Of a DNA stretch of 53,407 nucleotides, positions 9,777 to 19,050 are shown piece after piece. The position numbers and the translations under genes were made by a program. How positions within the stretch are numbered: position 1 is the first letter of the stretch; every line of letters begins with the position of its first letter. The notes beneath the pieces are model-generated. The model did no database searches. It was not told the origin of the DNA and saw only the letters and a list, made by a program, of their open reading frames with translations. Source of the stretch: Syntrophus aciditrophicus (GTDB lineage Bacteria > Desulfobacterota > Syntrophia > Syntrophales > UBA5619). The DNA is taken from NCBI GenBank assembly GCA_020726025.1, contig DYTH01000003.1:1-53407 (forward strand), read 5' to 3'.

Positions 9777-10565
9777 ATGGCAACAATGACCCCGCCTCCC
9801 TCGTCAACCTATCAGAAAGGACAATTCTACCAAATTCCCATCACGGACTTTAGACCGGACCCCGACCAGCCTCGCAAGTTCGTCGATCCCGGCCCTCTCG
9901 CCGAGCTTGCCGCCTCAATCGCCAAACACGGCATTGTCCAGCCGCTCCTTTTTCGCGATGCGGGGCAGGGTTGGCTCTATATCGTCTCCGGCGAACGCCG
10001 CTATCTCGCCGCCCAGCAGGTGGGTTTGACCGTGCTTCCGGCGATCTGCGTCGAGGGAAACCACGCCGAGATCGCCCTGGTCGAAAATTTACAGCGTCAG
10101 GATCTCACTGCCGTTGAGGAAGCGGAGGCGCTCCAGCGGCTTATGGACGAACAGAATTATACACAGGAACAGTTGGGAGACATACTCGGGAAAGCCCGCA
10201 CAACCATCACCGAGATAATGCTCCTGAACCGCCTTCCCCTGCAAATTCGCGACGAATGCCGTGGAGATCGCTCAATTTCCCGGGCTGCCCTGATCGAAAT
10301 TGCCCGTAAAAAACAGGAGCGTTCGATGTTCACCGCCTACACCGCCTTTCGGGACAAACAGCAACAGGGAAAGCGGGAAGTTAAGAAAAAAGACCCCAAC
10401 AATCCCGTTTACGCGCTGAGCACAGTGGAAAGGACCACGGCCAAAATCAGCACGATCGACACATCGGCATGGGCAGAAGACGACCGGGAGAGTTTCCGCG
10501 TCTCCCTCGTTAATCTCCAAACCGGGATAGAAAATTATCTGAATCCGCACCCGGAACTGGCATGA
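9777..10565 (+). CDS. Orphan ParB/Spo0J-family CTPase DNA-binding protein
   Basis: QPRK box, GIVQPL, SGERR CTP-binding motif, ENLQRQDL, HTH YTQEQLGDILGKARTTI; RBS AAGGAG. No adjacent parA. Confidence 0.9.
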   Translation: MATMTPPPSSTYQKGQFYQIPITDFRPDPDQPRKFVDPGPLAELAASIAKHGIVQPLLFRDAGQGWLYIVSGERRYLAAQQVGLTVLPAICVEGNHAEIALVENLQRQDLTAVEEAEALQRLMDEQNYTQEQLGDILGKARTTITEIMLLNRLPLQIRDECRGDRSISRAALIEIARKKQERSMFTAYTAFRDKQQQGKREVKKKDPNNPVYALSTVERTTAKISTIDTSAWAEDDRESFRVSLVNLQTGIENYLNPHPELA

Positions 10566-10770
10566 CGGCGCCTGAAGGGTAAACAGGAGTCATTCAGGGG
10601 TCAATCCGATGCCGGGAGGCGTTCATCCGGGAAAATGACGGGGCGGTCCGTGAAGAACACGGATTCGGGGACGCGGCAATCACTGAACATCGCCTCGCCA
10701 TGCCTTCGTGAAAAACTTAATCCCCTTGTATTTGCTTGCATCTATCAATAGTATCGGCCTGCATGGATAT

Positions 10771-10813
10771 GTGGCATCGATACGTGGCATTGACAAGTGG
10801 CATTGATGTTGCT
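10771..10813 (+). promoter_or_regulatory. Sigma54 (-24/-12) promoter of the pilin gene, with tandem 13-bp repeats of the -24 box
   Basis: TGGCATTGATGTTGCT at 10798-10813 fits GG-N10-GC. GTGGCATyGA starts at 10771, 10784 and 10797. Type IVa pilin genes are commonly RpoN-dependent. Confidence 0.75.
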
Positions 10814-10931
10814 TTACGATAGTGCAGTCAACGACGAGGAAAGGAGGGACGCCGGGAAAACAAAAATTCGGTTAATCCAGGGGAAACAGTTAGACAACAA
10901 CCTACACTAAATAGAAAAGGAGAAAAAAATC

Positions 10932-11312
10932 ATGTTTAGTACATTTCACAAAAAAAACAGCAAGGGCTTCACGTTGATCGAACTCATGATCGTTATCGCC
11001 ATTATCGGCATCCTGGCGGCTATCGCCATCCCGCAGTTCACCTCCTACAAGACGAGAGGCTACAATACCGCGGCGAAATCCGACCTGAAAAATGCCTACA
11101 CGGCCGCGCAGGCCTATTTCAGCGACTACCCGGCTGCTACGATGGTCGTGGGGAATCTTACCTCGTACGGTTACAAAGCGTCATCGACAGTTACCCTTAC
11201 CGTTACGACCGGCACGCAGGCGGCTCTTGGCATGAGGGCTATTGGCTCCGCCGGAGGCGGCACAGGCAATATCACCTATTCCGTGAACAGCGCCGGAACG
11301 ATAACGCCTTAA
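10932..11312 (+). CDS. pilA: Type IVa major pilin
   Basis: Prepilin cleavage motif KG|[22 protein letters not shown] with E5; 114-aa mature protein; RBS AAGGAG. Confidence 0.95.
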   Translation: MFSTFHKKNSKGFTLIELMIVIAIIGILAAIAIPQFTSYKTRGYNTAAKSDLKNAYTAAQAYFSDYPAATMVVGNLTSYGYKASSTVTLTVTTGTQAALGMRAIGSAGGGTGNITYSVNSAGTITP

Positions 11313-11331
11313 TTATCCCCGTTTCAATGGG

Positions 11332-11363
11332 AAAAGGGCGAGGATTTTCCCTCGCCCTTTTTT
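11332..11363 (+). terminator. Intrinsic terminator after the pilin gene
   Basis: AAAAGGGCGAGG-loop-CCTCGCCCTTTTTT hairpin with U-tract. Confidence 0.8.
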
Positions 11364-11435
11364 ATGGCTGGGCCTTCGCTTCGAAAATATTGTAACCAGA
11401 CGCAAATCAGCAGGGTAAAAAGCAGGCGACTCCCG

Positions 11436-13211
11436 ATGGGAACAATTCCACGACAAAATAAAACATTTTTGATCTGCGCACTCCTTTCTCTGGCAGTCCT
11501 TGTCGTCTTCCGGCAGACGCTCACTTTCGATTTCATCGATTATGACGACGCGTTGTATGTCGTAAAAAACCCCTCTCTTCTCTATGGATTGACCAAAGAG
11601 GGGTTGGCGTGGGCCGCAGGCTCGCTGTACGCCGCGAACTGGCACCCCCTGACGCTGCTTTCTTTTCTGGTTGATTACGAGCTGTACGGCATGAATCCGG
11701 GCGGGTATCACCTGACAAACACGCTCATTCACCTTCTCGGCGGCCTGTTTTTGTTTTTCGCCTTCCGGGAGATGACCGGAAATAGCTGGAAAAGCTGCCT
11801 CGTTGCGGCAATTTTTCTTCTCCATCCCCTCCATGTGGAACCAGTCGCCTCGGTGGCGGGGCGAAAGGATGTTTTAAGCGGTTTTTTCTGGGCGCTGACG
11901 ATTCTCGCCTATGCCCGCTACACGAGAAAACCTGTTTTATGGGCTTATTTATTGACATGTTTCTTTTTTATCCTCGGGCTTATGTCAAAGGCGACCGTGG
12001 TTACACTGCCCCTCGTCCTTCTTCTCCTCGATTACTGGCCATTGAACCGATTTAACGAAATTTCCGAAGAACATTCAGCGCCTTTCGATAACCGTTTATT
12101 CTTCCCGAAGGCATCCCCTGCGCGACTGCTGACAGAGAAGATACCCTTCCTGCTTCTATCTGGCGTTGCGGGCCTGCTGACCTGGAAGGCCCAAACCGGC
12201 GCCGCGGCAATCGCCCCGCTGTTCGAGCTTGATTTCACCACCCGCGTCGGCAACGTGGCCCATTCCTTTCTCATGTACATCGGAAAGACCATCCGGCCGG
12301 TTGATCTTTCCTTCTTCTACCCGTATCATCCAGCCGGTAAAACCGGCTGGATTCTTCCGGCTGTGCTGCTTTTTACGGCCGTCGGCGCCCTCGGCCTGCG
12401 TCTGAGAAAATCCGCCCCCTGGTTTATCGTCGGCTGGCTGTGGTTTGTCCTGACGATGCTGCCGACAATCGGAATTGTCCAGGCAGGCTCGCAGTCCATG
12501 GCGGATCGTTACACCTATATCCCCATGATCGGCCTTTCCGTCATTGCCGTGTGGGGCAGCGGCATCTACAAACCATCCCGAAAGGGCAACATGATATTTG
12601 CCGCAACCTGGCTTGTCGTTTTATCGCTGCTTATCGCCGACAGCAAATGCCAGACAACATACTGGCAGAACAGCCGCACCCTTTTTGAACACGCGCTTTC
12701 CACAACAGAGGGCAATTATCTTGCCCACAATAATCTGGGGGCGTTCTTTATGAAACAGAATCAATACGATTCGGCCGAACGCCATTTTCGCGAGGCGCTG
12801 CGGATTAAGCCCGGCTATGCCGATGCGGGAATCAATCTGGCGCAGATTATGCTCATAAAAGGTAAAACCGTCGAAGCCGAGACCTCGTTTCGCAATGTAC
12901 TGAACTTCCATCCCGATAACGACCGCGCCAGAAGACTGCTCTGCGATTTCCTGCTGACAACGGGAAAAAACAGGGAGGCGATTGTGTGCTATGATAAGGC
13001 CGCAGCGGCAAGCCCCGACAATCCGGAACTGCAAAACAACCTCGCTGTGGCGCTCGCGGGAAACAACCAGATCGATGAGGCGATTATTCATCTCGAACGG
13101 GCGCTGCGCCTGCAACCGGGCTTCAAGGACGCAAAGAGAAATCTCGACCTGCTCCGGACGAAAAATGAAACCACCGGCAAAAAGACAGCCGCTTCCCCGA
13201 AAACCCCCTGA
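11436..13211 (+). CDS. TMTC-like GT-C membrane glycosyltransferase with C-terminal TPRs
   Basis: FIDYDD acidic loop, NWHPLT, HPLHVEPVASVAGRKDVL and ADRYTYIP parallel TMTC O-mannosyltransferase motifs; many TM helices; TPR repeats (AHNNLG, LQNNLA). Start uncertain (11364 or 11436). Confidence 0.8.
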   Translation: MGTIPRQNKTFLICALLSLAVLVVFRQTLTFDFIDYDDALYVVKNPSLLYGLTKEGLAWAAGSLYAANWHPLTLLSFLVDYELYGMNPGGYHLTNTLIHLLGGLFLFFAFREMTGNSWKSCLVAAIFLLHPLHVEPVASVAGRKDVLSGFFWALTILAYARYTRKPVLWAYLLTCFFFILGLMSKATVVTLPLVLLLLDYWPLNRFNEISEEHSAPFDNRLFFPKASPARLLTEKIPFLLLSGVAGLLTWKAQTGAAAIAPLFELDFTTRVGNVAHSFLMYIGKTIRPVDLSFFYPYHPAGKTGWILPAVLLFTAVGALGLRLRKSAPWFIVGWLWFVLTMLPTIGIVQAGSQSMADRYTYIPMIGLSVIAVWGSGIYKPSRKGNMIFAATWLVVLSLLIADSKCQTTYWQNSRTLFEHALSTTEGNYLAHNNLGAFFMKQNQYDSAERHFREALRIKPGYADAGINLAQIMLIKGKTVEAETSFRNVLNFHPDNDRARRLLCDFLLTTGKNREAIVCYDKAAAASPDNPELQNNLAVALAGNNQIDEAIIHLERALRLQPGFKDAKRNLDLLRTKNETTGKKTAASPKTP

Positions 13212-13253
13212 TCGCCGCAACAGCGGCAAACATACCAAAAGGCGTGATTCCTT

Positions 13254-14981
13254 ATGGACAAACAAGAGACGACAGTGCCAGACAGAAAAAGAAACCTTGC
13301 GCTGCTTGCGGTTTTTGCGGCTTCCGCAGCGATAAAATCCGCCATCTGCATTCTTGCGACCGATCCGATCATATTCAACAAATATCCATATTTTGCCCAG
13401 AAGCTGAGCTCAGGGGCGGATATCGGCGAAAGAATCCTCGATCTGAGCCCGCTTTACCTCTTTCTCGTTACGATATTTTTTGAAATTTTCGGCCCCAACT
13501 GGGATATTCTGACGGCGCTGCAGATAATCCTCGGCAGTTTCAATTGCGTCATCGTGGGGCTTGTCGGGACAAGACTATTCAACCCGGCGGTCGGGATACT
13601 CTCCGCACTCATCCTCATGCTTTACGGAAACATGACCCTGATCGAATGCGCCATCGAGCCGGAGGGCCTCTTTGTTTTCCTCAATTCACTGACGGTTCTT
13701 GCCCTGCTGTGGGCCGCCGGTGATAAAACATCGCCACCGCACCCGGCAAAATGGCTCCCCGGGGGGATATTGATTGGTCTTGCGGCTGTCGCAAAGGCGA
13801 ATGCGCTTTTGATAATCCCCGGCGCGGCCGTCTGGATATGGCTATCCACGAAGGAAAGACGCATCCGGTCTTTGACGCTGCTTCTTCTGGGGGCAGCGCT
13901 CGTAATTGCTCCGGTAACAATCAGGAATTTCTGTCTGTTTGACGATTTTGTCCTTTTGACCGCCGACGGCGGCAAGGTGTTTTTTCATGGCAACGGCCCC
14001 GGCGCAACCGGCATGGAAAGGGCGGACATGCCCGACCAGGGCCTTATCGAAGAGGGGCAAACCGAGCCTGATTACGCCCATGCACTGTTCCGTCAAAAGG
14101 CCCGCGAGGCGACAAAGACCAGCCTCAAACCATCGGAATGTTCATCTTACTGGTTTTCACAAACCCAAAGGCATCTACTCGCCGCTCCAAAGGCCGCACT
14201 TTCCGGTTTTCTGAAGAAATTCCTTCTATTCTGGAACAATTACGAGGTGCACGACCTCGATACAACCTATAAGAGCTATAAAATAATCGGGAAATGGCCG
14301 TTTCTTACTGCGGGGATAATTGCCGCCGCGGGCATCCTCGGCATGATCTTTTCCGCAGGCATGCTCAGGCGGTTTTTTCTTTTGTACTGGATGGTTGCGA
14401 TATACATCGTTTCGGTCGTTGTCTTTTTTGCCGCTTCGCGTTACCGCCTGCCCGCCTTCAATTTTCTCGCAATCTTTGCCGCTGGTTTTCTGTATGAACT
14501 GTACGTTGCCATCAGCGGCAAAAAGCTTGAAAAAACCATCGTCGCCTTTCTGTTGATCCTGGTTTTCCTGGCATTCACCCACCTGCCCTTACGTGACGAA
14601 ATCAGAAAATACGACCTCTGGCAACACATTTCCCGGATAGATTACAGCCTCGGCGGAAGAATGCTGTTCAAAAAAGGAAATTTCCCGGAAGCAGCCCGTG
14701 AATTTGAGAAGGTTGTTTCTGCGGCCCCCGATTTTGTTCCGGCAGTCAACTACCTCGGCAAGACCTGCGCCATTCTCGGCAACTACGACTGCGCGTCGGA
14801 CTGTTTCCGGAAAGTCATCCGGTTAGCGCCCGCTTCCGACGAGGGCTACCTGAATGCCGGCCTTCTGCTTGAACTCCGGGGAAATAAAAGGGAGGCAAGG
14901 CGCTATTTTGAAAAAGCGCAGGCGTTAAACCCCAGAAACGTAAAGACCAGAGATCATCTGAACACCATAAGCCGCGAATGA
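13254..14981 (+). CDS. ArnT/PMT-like (GT39/GT83-type) membrane glycosyltransferase with TPRs
   Basis: Polytopic membrane protein with SPLY, IAPVTIRN, FFHGNGPGATG and SRYRLP motifs; C-terminal TPRs. Confidence 0.75.
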   Translation: MDKQETTVPDRKRNLALLAVFAASAAIKSAICILATDPIIFNKYPYFAQKLSSGADIGERILDLSPLYLFLVTIFFEIFGPNWDILTALQIILGSFNCVIVGLVGTRLFNPAVGILSALILMLYGNMTLIECAIEPEGLFVFLNSLTVLALLWAAGDKTSPPHPAKWLPGGILIGLAAVAKANALLIIPGAAVWIWLSTKERRIRSLTLLLLGAALVIAPVTIRNFCLFDDFVLLTADGGKVFFHGNGPGATGMERADMPDQGLIEEGQTEPDYAHALFRQKAREATKTSLKPSECSSYWFSQTQRHLLAAPKAALSGFLKKFLLFWNNYEVHDLDTTYKSYKIIGKWPFLTAGIIAAAGILGMIFSAGMLRRFFLLYWMVAIYIVSVVVFFAASRYRLPAFNFLAIFAAGFLYELYVAISGKKLEKTIVAFLLILVFLAFTHLPLRDEIRKYDLWQHISRIDYSLGGRMLFKKGNFPEAAREFEKVVSAAPDFVPAVNYLGKTCAILGNYDCASDCFRKVIRLAPASDEGYLNAGLLLELRGNKREARRYFEKAQALNPRNVKTRDHLNTISRE

Positions 14982-15059
14982 TTGCCGCCCGTCGCCATTT
15001 GACTATTAGCAGCGCTCAGGATAAGAGGCTGCCCGACAAAGAACAGTGAGCCCGTTGAG

Positions 15060-16703
15060 ATGGACGATATGAAGGCAAAACCCGAAGATGAGCAAAAAGT
15101 TACCTTGATGCGGCTGGCGATCATGGCTGGTCTGGCGTTTCTTGTTATCTCCGTGTATTGGCCTGCGGCATGGTTTGATTTTATCGAACTGGACGACAAC
15201 CTCTACCTCCTCGAAAATCCGAATATTAAAATGGGGCTGTCGCCGGCGGGAATCAAATGGGCTTTTACCACCTTCCATACAACAAACTGGCATCCCCTGA
15301 CGTGGATTTTGCTGCTTGCCGAATTCAGCCTCTCTGGCCTCAATCCGGCAGGTTTTCACATTGTCGGCGTCCTTCTGCACATTATTAATACGGCGTTGCT
15401 TTTTCTGGTCATGGTGCGGATAACGGGCGGGAAATGGAAGGCAATGGCCGCAGCGGCCCTGTTTGCCGTTCACCCCATGAATATCGAATCCGTGGCATGG
15501 ATCGCGGAGCAAAAGAATCTCCTCAGCACGCTGTTCTGGTTTCTGACGATATTGGCCTATCTGCGTTATGCCAAAAAACCTGGGCCGTCAATTTATCTGG
15601 CAACGCTCGGGCTTTTTGCGCTGGGTCTGATGGCCAAACCGATGCTGGTGAGTCTTCCCTTCATTCTGCTGCTTTTCGATTACTGGCCGCTCGGCCGTCT
15701 TTACCCCGTTCATTTTGTCGAAGGCGCGGAGGCCAACAAAAAAACGGGCATAAAAAAACTGCTAATCGAAAAAATCCCGTTTTTCTCCCTGGCGTTTTTT
15801 TCCGTCCTGCTGACGCTTTACGCGGCCCATGCCGGCGGCGCCATGAAATCACTTGAGACGTTTCCTCTTTACGGTCGCATGGCAAACGCACTGCTCTCCT
15901 ATTCGGCCTACGTTGCCATGCTGCTCTGGCCGTTTGATCTTTCCATCTTTTACCCGCATTCCTCCTTAAAGCCGCTCGGAGACATTTCCGCCGCCTTTTT
16001 CGCCCTATCGGCGACATCCGGGCTGGTTGTATGGAAAGGCTCGAAATACCGATATCTTACGGTCGGATGGCTCTGGTATCTGGTAACGCTTCTGCCGGTC
16101 ATCGGGCTCGTCCAGGTCGGTTTCCAGGAGATGGCCAATCGGTACATGTACGTCCCGTCTATCGGCATTTTTTTGATTTTTGCAATGGGACTTCCGGATA
16201 TCGCAAAACGGTTCAGTAAGATGAAACCCTTTCTGCCGGCGCTGATGGCCCTCCCGGTTGTACTTTTTACCGTCAGCTCGGCTTTTGAGCTTCCCCACTG
16301 GCAAAACACCGAAACGGCATTTACGAGGGCGCTGGAGGTTACAAAAGACAATCATGTCGCCCTGCTCGGCCTCGGCAATCTCTACCAGAAAAAAGGGGAT
16401 ATCAAGGCGGCAGAGACGCATTTCCGCGCGGCCCTCCGTGTAAAGCCGGATTACGCGGAGGCGCACAACAACCTTGCCGTGCTCCTGATGCGAAGCAATC
16501 GCGGCAAGGAGGCGGAGTTCCACCTGCGGGAGGCGATAAGGCATCTCCCGCGTGCGGCCAGGTCCCACAACAACCTTGGCGCCCTGCTCGCCGGACAGGG
16601 AAGATTGCAGGAGGCGCGCCCCTGCTTTGAAAAGGCGCTTGAGATAAACCCGGATTACGCGGAGGCCCGTGCGAACCTCTCTTTGTTACTGGCGGGCAAA
16701 TAG
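15060..16703 (+). CDS. Second TMTC-like GT-C glycosyltransferase with TPRs (paralog of 11436-13211)
   Basis: FIELDD, NWHPLT, HPMNIESVAWIAEQKNLL, LLFDYWPL, EKIPF, ANRYMYVP; TPR repeats AEAHNNLA, SHNNLG. Confidence 0.8.
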   Translation: MDDMKAKPEDEQKVTLMRLAIMAGLAFLVISVYWPAAWFDFIELDDNLYLLENPNIKMGLSPAGIKWAFTTFHTTNWHPLTWILLLAEFSLSGLNPAGFHIVGVLLHIINTALLFLVMVRITGGKWKAMAAAALFAVHPMNIESVAWIAEQKNLLSTLFWFLTILAYLRYAKKPGPSIYLATLGLFALGLMAKPMLVSLPFILLLFDYWPLGRLYPVHFVEGAEANKKTGIKKLLIEKIPFFSLAFFSVLLTLYAAHAGGAMKSLETFPLYGRMANALLSYSAYVAMLLWPFDLSIFYPHSSLKPLGDISAAFFALSATSGLVVWKGSKYRYLTVGWLWYLVTLLPVIGLVQVGFQEMANRYMYVPSIGIFLIFAMGLPDIAKRFSKMKPFLPALMALPVVLFTVSSAFELPHWQNTETAFTRALEVTKDNHVALLGLGNLYQKKGDIKAAETHFRAALRVKPDYAEAHNNLAVLLMRSNRGKEAEFHLREAIRHLPRAARSHNNLGALLAGQGRLQEARPCFEKALEINPDYAEARANLSLLLAGK

Positions 16704-16787
16704 TTTTCAAATTCATTGAGGACGACGACAATCTCTCTTTTTCGAAAATCGCAAACTCGAGCTGGAACTCTTGCTGAAAGGGATAAC

Positions 16788-18821
16788 ATGGGAGCCGATC
16801 ACCTTCCTTGCAATAAACTGACATTCGCTGAAGCGACTGTTCCTGCCGGCAGAATGCCATCTTCAGGGAATGTGATCGAAAATCGACGGGGTTCGGCAAA
16901 AATTTATCTCCTCGTCCTTGCAGTCGCGTCCATCCTTATCACGGCGGCGATATGGCATTTTCACGGCAATACGCAACTGCTTGTCAATGAAAAAGACGCC
17001 CAGTGGATACGGTTCCCCGAGCCGTTTCAACTCAGGATTCATCACGCCCGAAAGATCAAAACCAGTTTCAGAACTATTGTAAAAGCCCCTGTTATCCGCA
17101 GAACGACCGTTTTGACCTTTCGTTCGGTCGGGGAGGCAACCGTGTTTCTCGACCAGAAAGAGCTGGTTGCCACTCCTTCTTCCCTCACGAAAGCCATCGG
17201 AGAAAGACAGCGGGTGGATCTGACTCCGTTTCTTACGCCGGGCAGTCATGTGCTCCGTATTGACGTATCGAACACAACGGGCCATCCGCTCCTCATCGCC
17301 TGGTCAGAGAGTCCGGGATTGTTTACCGGGGAAAGCTGGGAGGTCAGCAAAGACGGATATCACTGGCTTTTTGCCGTCGCTGCCGAAAAAAACCGCCGCC
17401 TCAACATCTCGCAGACATTCCCCCGCCTGGGTCCGAGCATTCGCTCCCTGGCCCCGTTTTACATATCCGTTTTCTTTCTTTTTTTCTTCTGGAGTCTCCG
17501 GAAAGACAAAAATGCGGAAGGAACATCTTTAATAAAACCTGTCAATGCCCGATCAGTCCGGTGGTTTGTCATGCTGGCGTGGCTGTTTATGGCCATCAAC
17601 AATTTCTGGAAACTTCCCGTGGATATGGGAATGGACTTCAAAGGACACATGCAATACATCAGCTACGTGGCGCAATACGGCCGCATCCCTCTGGCGACCG
17701 ATGGATGGCAGATGTTTCAGCAGCCGCTTTATTACCTTCTTGCCGCAGGTCTCTACAATCTTTCACACATTTTTTTCAATGACGACGTTTCAATCAGGGT
17801 TATAAAACTCATCTCCGTTCTCTGCGGGATGCTCCAGGTAGAGATAGCGTACCGCGCTGTTAAACTGCTCTATCCACGCCGAGAGTCAATACAGATATTC
17901 GGCGTCGTACTGGCTGGATTCATGCCGATGAACCTGTACATGTCCCAGTCAATCGGGAACGAACCTCTTGCCGCCCTTCTCACCTCCCTTGCGATTCTGG
18001 CAGCGATAAGAATGGCCCTGACGGATAACGCTGCCACCCGGGAGCGATTGCTGCTGCTCGGTTTTTTACTCGGGCTTGCGCTTTTGGCCAAGGTATCGGC
18101 AATCTTGATCTTCCCGCCGCTCCTTCTTTTCATCTCTTTTGAAGTGCTCGCCTCAAGCGGAACAATCCGGGTCAGGGCTAAACTGGCAGCAAGTTCAGTG
18201 ACGGTGGCGTTGTTGACCGCTTTTTTGGCGAGTGGATGGTACTACATCCACAACTACATGGAAATGGGACATTTTTTCATAGGTGGATGGGACATTGCGC
18301 GGAAGATAGTCTGGTGGCAGGACCCGGGATATCGCACCCTCCGGCAACTCTACTTTTTTGGCGAATCGCTGTTTTATCCCGTTTTTTCCTCGCTCTACGG
18401 ATTCTGGGATTCCATCTACTCGTCTCTATGGGCGGACGGCTATTTGAGCGCCTACAACCGGCCCCCATGGAATTACCCGCTCATGATAACGGGGATGTGG
18501 CTGGCGCTTTTCCCTTCAGCGGGGATTCTCGTCGGCATCGGGGCGGCGCTGCGGATGGCTGCGGGAAAGTTGCGGCGTATTCTTCTGATGTCGGCAGGAA
18601 GTGTTCTACTCTATCTTTCCGCAATCTTGTACATATTTATAACCGTCCCTTTCTTAAGCTCCGCCAAGGCAAGCTACGCGCTGGGCCTTCTTCCCTGCTT
18701 TGCGCTGCTTGCCGCCGCCGGATTTGATGTCCTGACTAAAAACAGATATCTGGAAGCGGCTTCCCAAGCTCTTTTTGCCTGCTGGGCGATCGGCTCGTAT
18801 CTTTGCTGCTTCGCGCTATAG
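16788..18821 (+). CDS. GT-C (GT39-like) membrane glycosyltransferase with an N-terminal soluble beta-sandwich-like domain
   Basis: D.KGH..YI and QQPLYY loop motifs, NEPLA, GLALLAK, GWYYIHN. The N-terminal segment (AQWI...DLTPFLTPGSHVLRIDVSN...W) resembles glycosidase sugar-binding domains. Start taken at ATG 16788 after GAAAGGGA. Confidence 0.65.
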   Translation: MGADHLPCNKLTFAEATVPAGRMPSSGNVIENRRGSAKIYLLVLAVASILITAAIWHFHGNTQLLVNEKDAQWIRFPEPFQLRIHHARKIKTSFRTIVKAPVIRRTTVLTFRSVGEATVFLDQKELVATPSSLTKAIGERQRVDLTPFLTPGSHVLRIDVSNTTGHPLLIAWSESPGLFTGESWEVSKDGYHWLFAVAAEKNRRLNISQTFPRLGPSIRSLAPFYISVFFLFFFWSLRKDKNAEGTSLIKPVNARSVRWFVMLAWLFMAINNFWKLPVDMGMDFKGHMQYISYVAQYGRIPLATDGWQMFQQPLYYLLAAGLYNLSHIFFNDDVSIRVIKLISVLCGMLQVEIAYRAVKLLYPRRESIQIFGVVLAGFMPMNLYMSQSIGNEPLAALLTSLAILAAIRMALTDNAATRERLLLLGFLLGLALLAKVSAILIFPPLLLFISFEVLASSGTIRVRAKLAASSVTVALLTAFLASGWYYIHNYMEMGHFFIGGWDIARKIVWWQDPGYRTLRQLYFFGESLFYPVFSSLYGFWDSIYSSLWADGYLSAYNRPPWNYPLMITGMWLALFPSAGILVGIGAALRMAAGKLRRILLMSAGSVLLYLSAILYIFITVPFLSSAKASYALGLLPCFALLAAAGFDVLTKNRYLEAASQALFACWAIGSYLCCFAL

Positions 18822-19050
18822 CGTCGCGTCTCTTATTTTGCATGACGATCCCGCCCTTGCCCACGGCAGGCGCGTCTTACAGTCTGTTTAGCTTCAGAAG
18901 GCGCAACACGAGGAAAATCATGACCACGGCAAAAAAGACGGCAAACGACGCGAAACCCGATACTTAACGGCGCTGTTTACAAAAGTCGCGGGTTGATGCA
19001 TGCAACGTGAAAAATAAAAGCGACCTCTTTAAAATGATATAGAGAAAACC

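Noticed and set aside
9615-10629. Short inverted blocks on either side of parB (CCCTTCAG/CTGAAGGG, CGGATGAA/TTCATCCG, CCCCTGA/TCAGGGG)
   Set aside because: Only 7-8 bp each and not collinear, so they cannot be called element ends.
18920-18967. 15-codon ORF MTTAKKTANDAKPDT with a GAGG upstream
   Set aside because: Too short to support; could be a remnant or chance.
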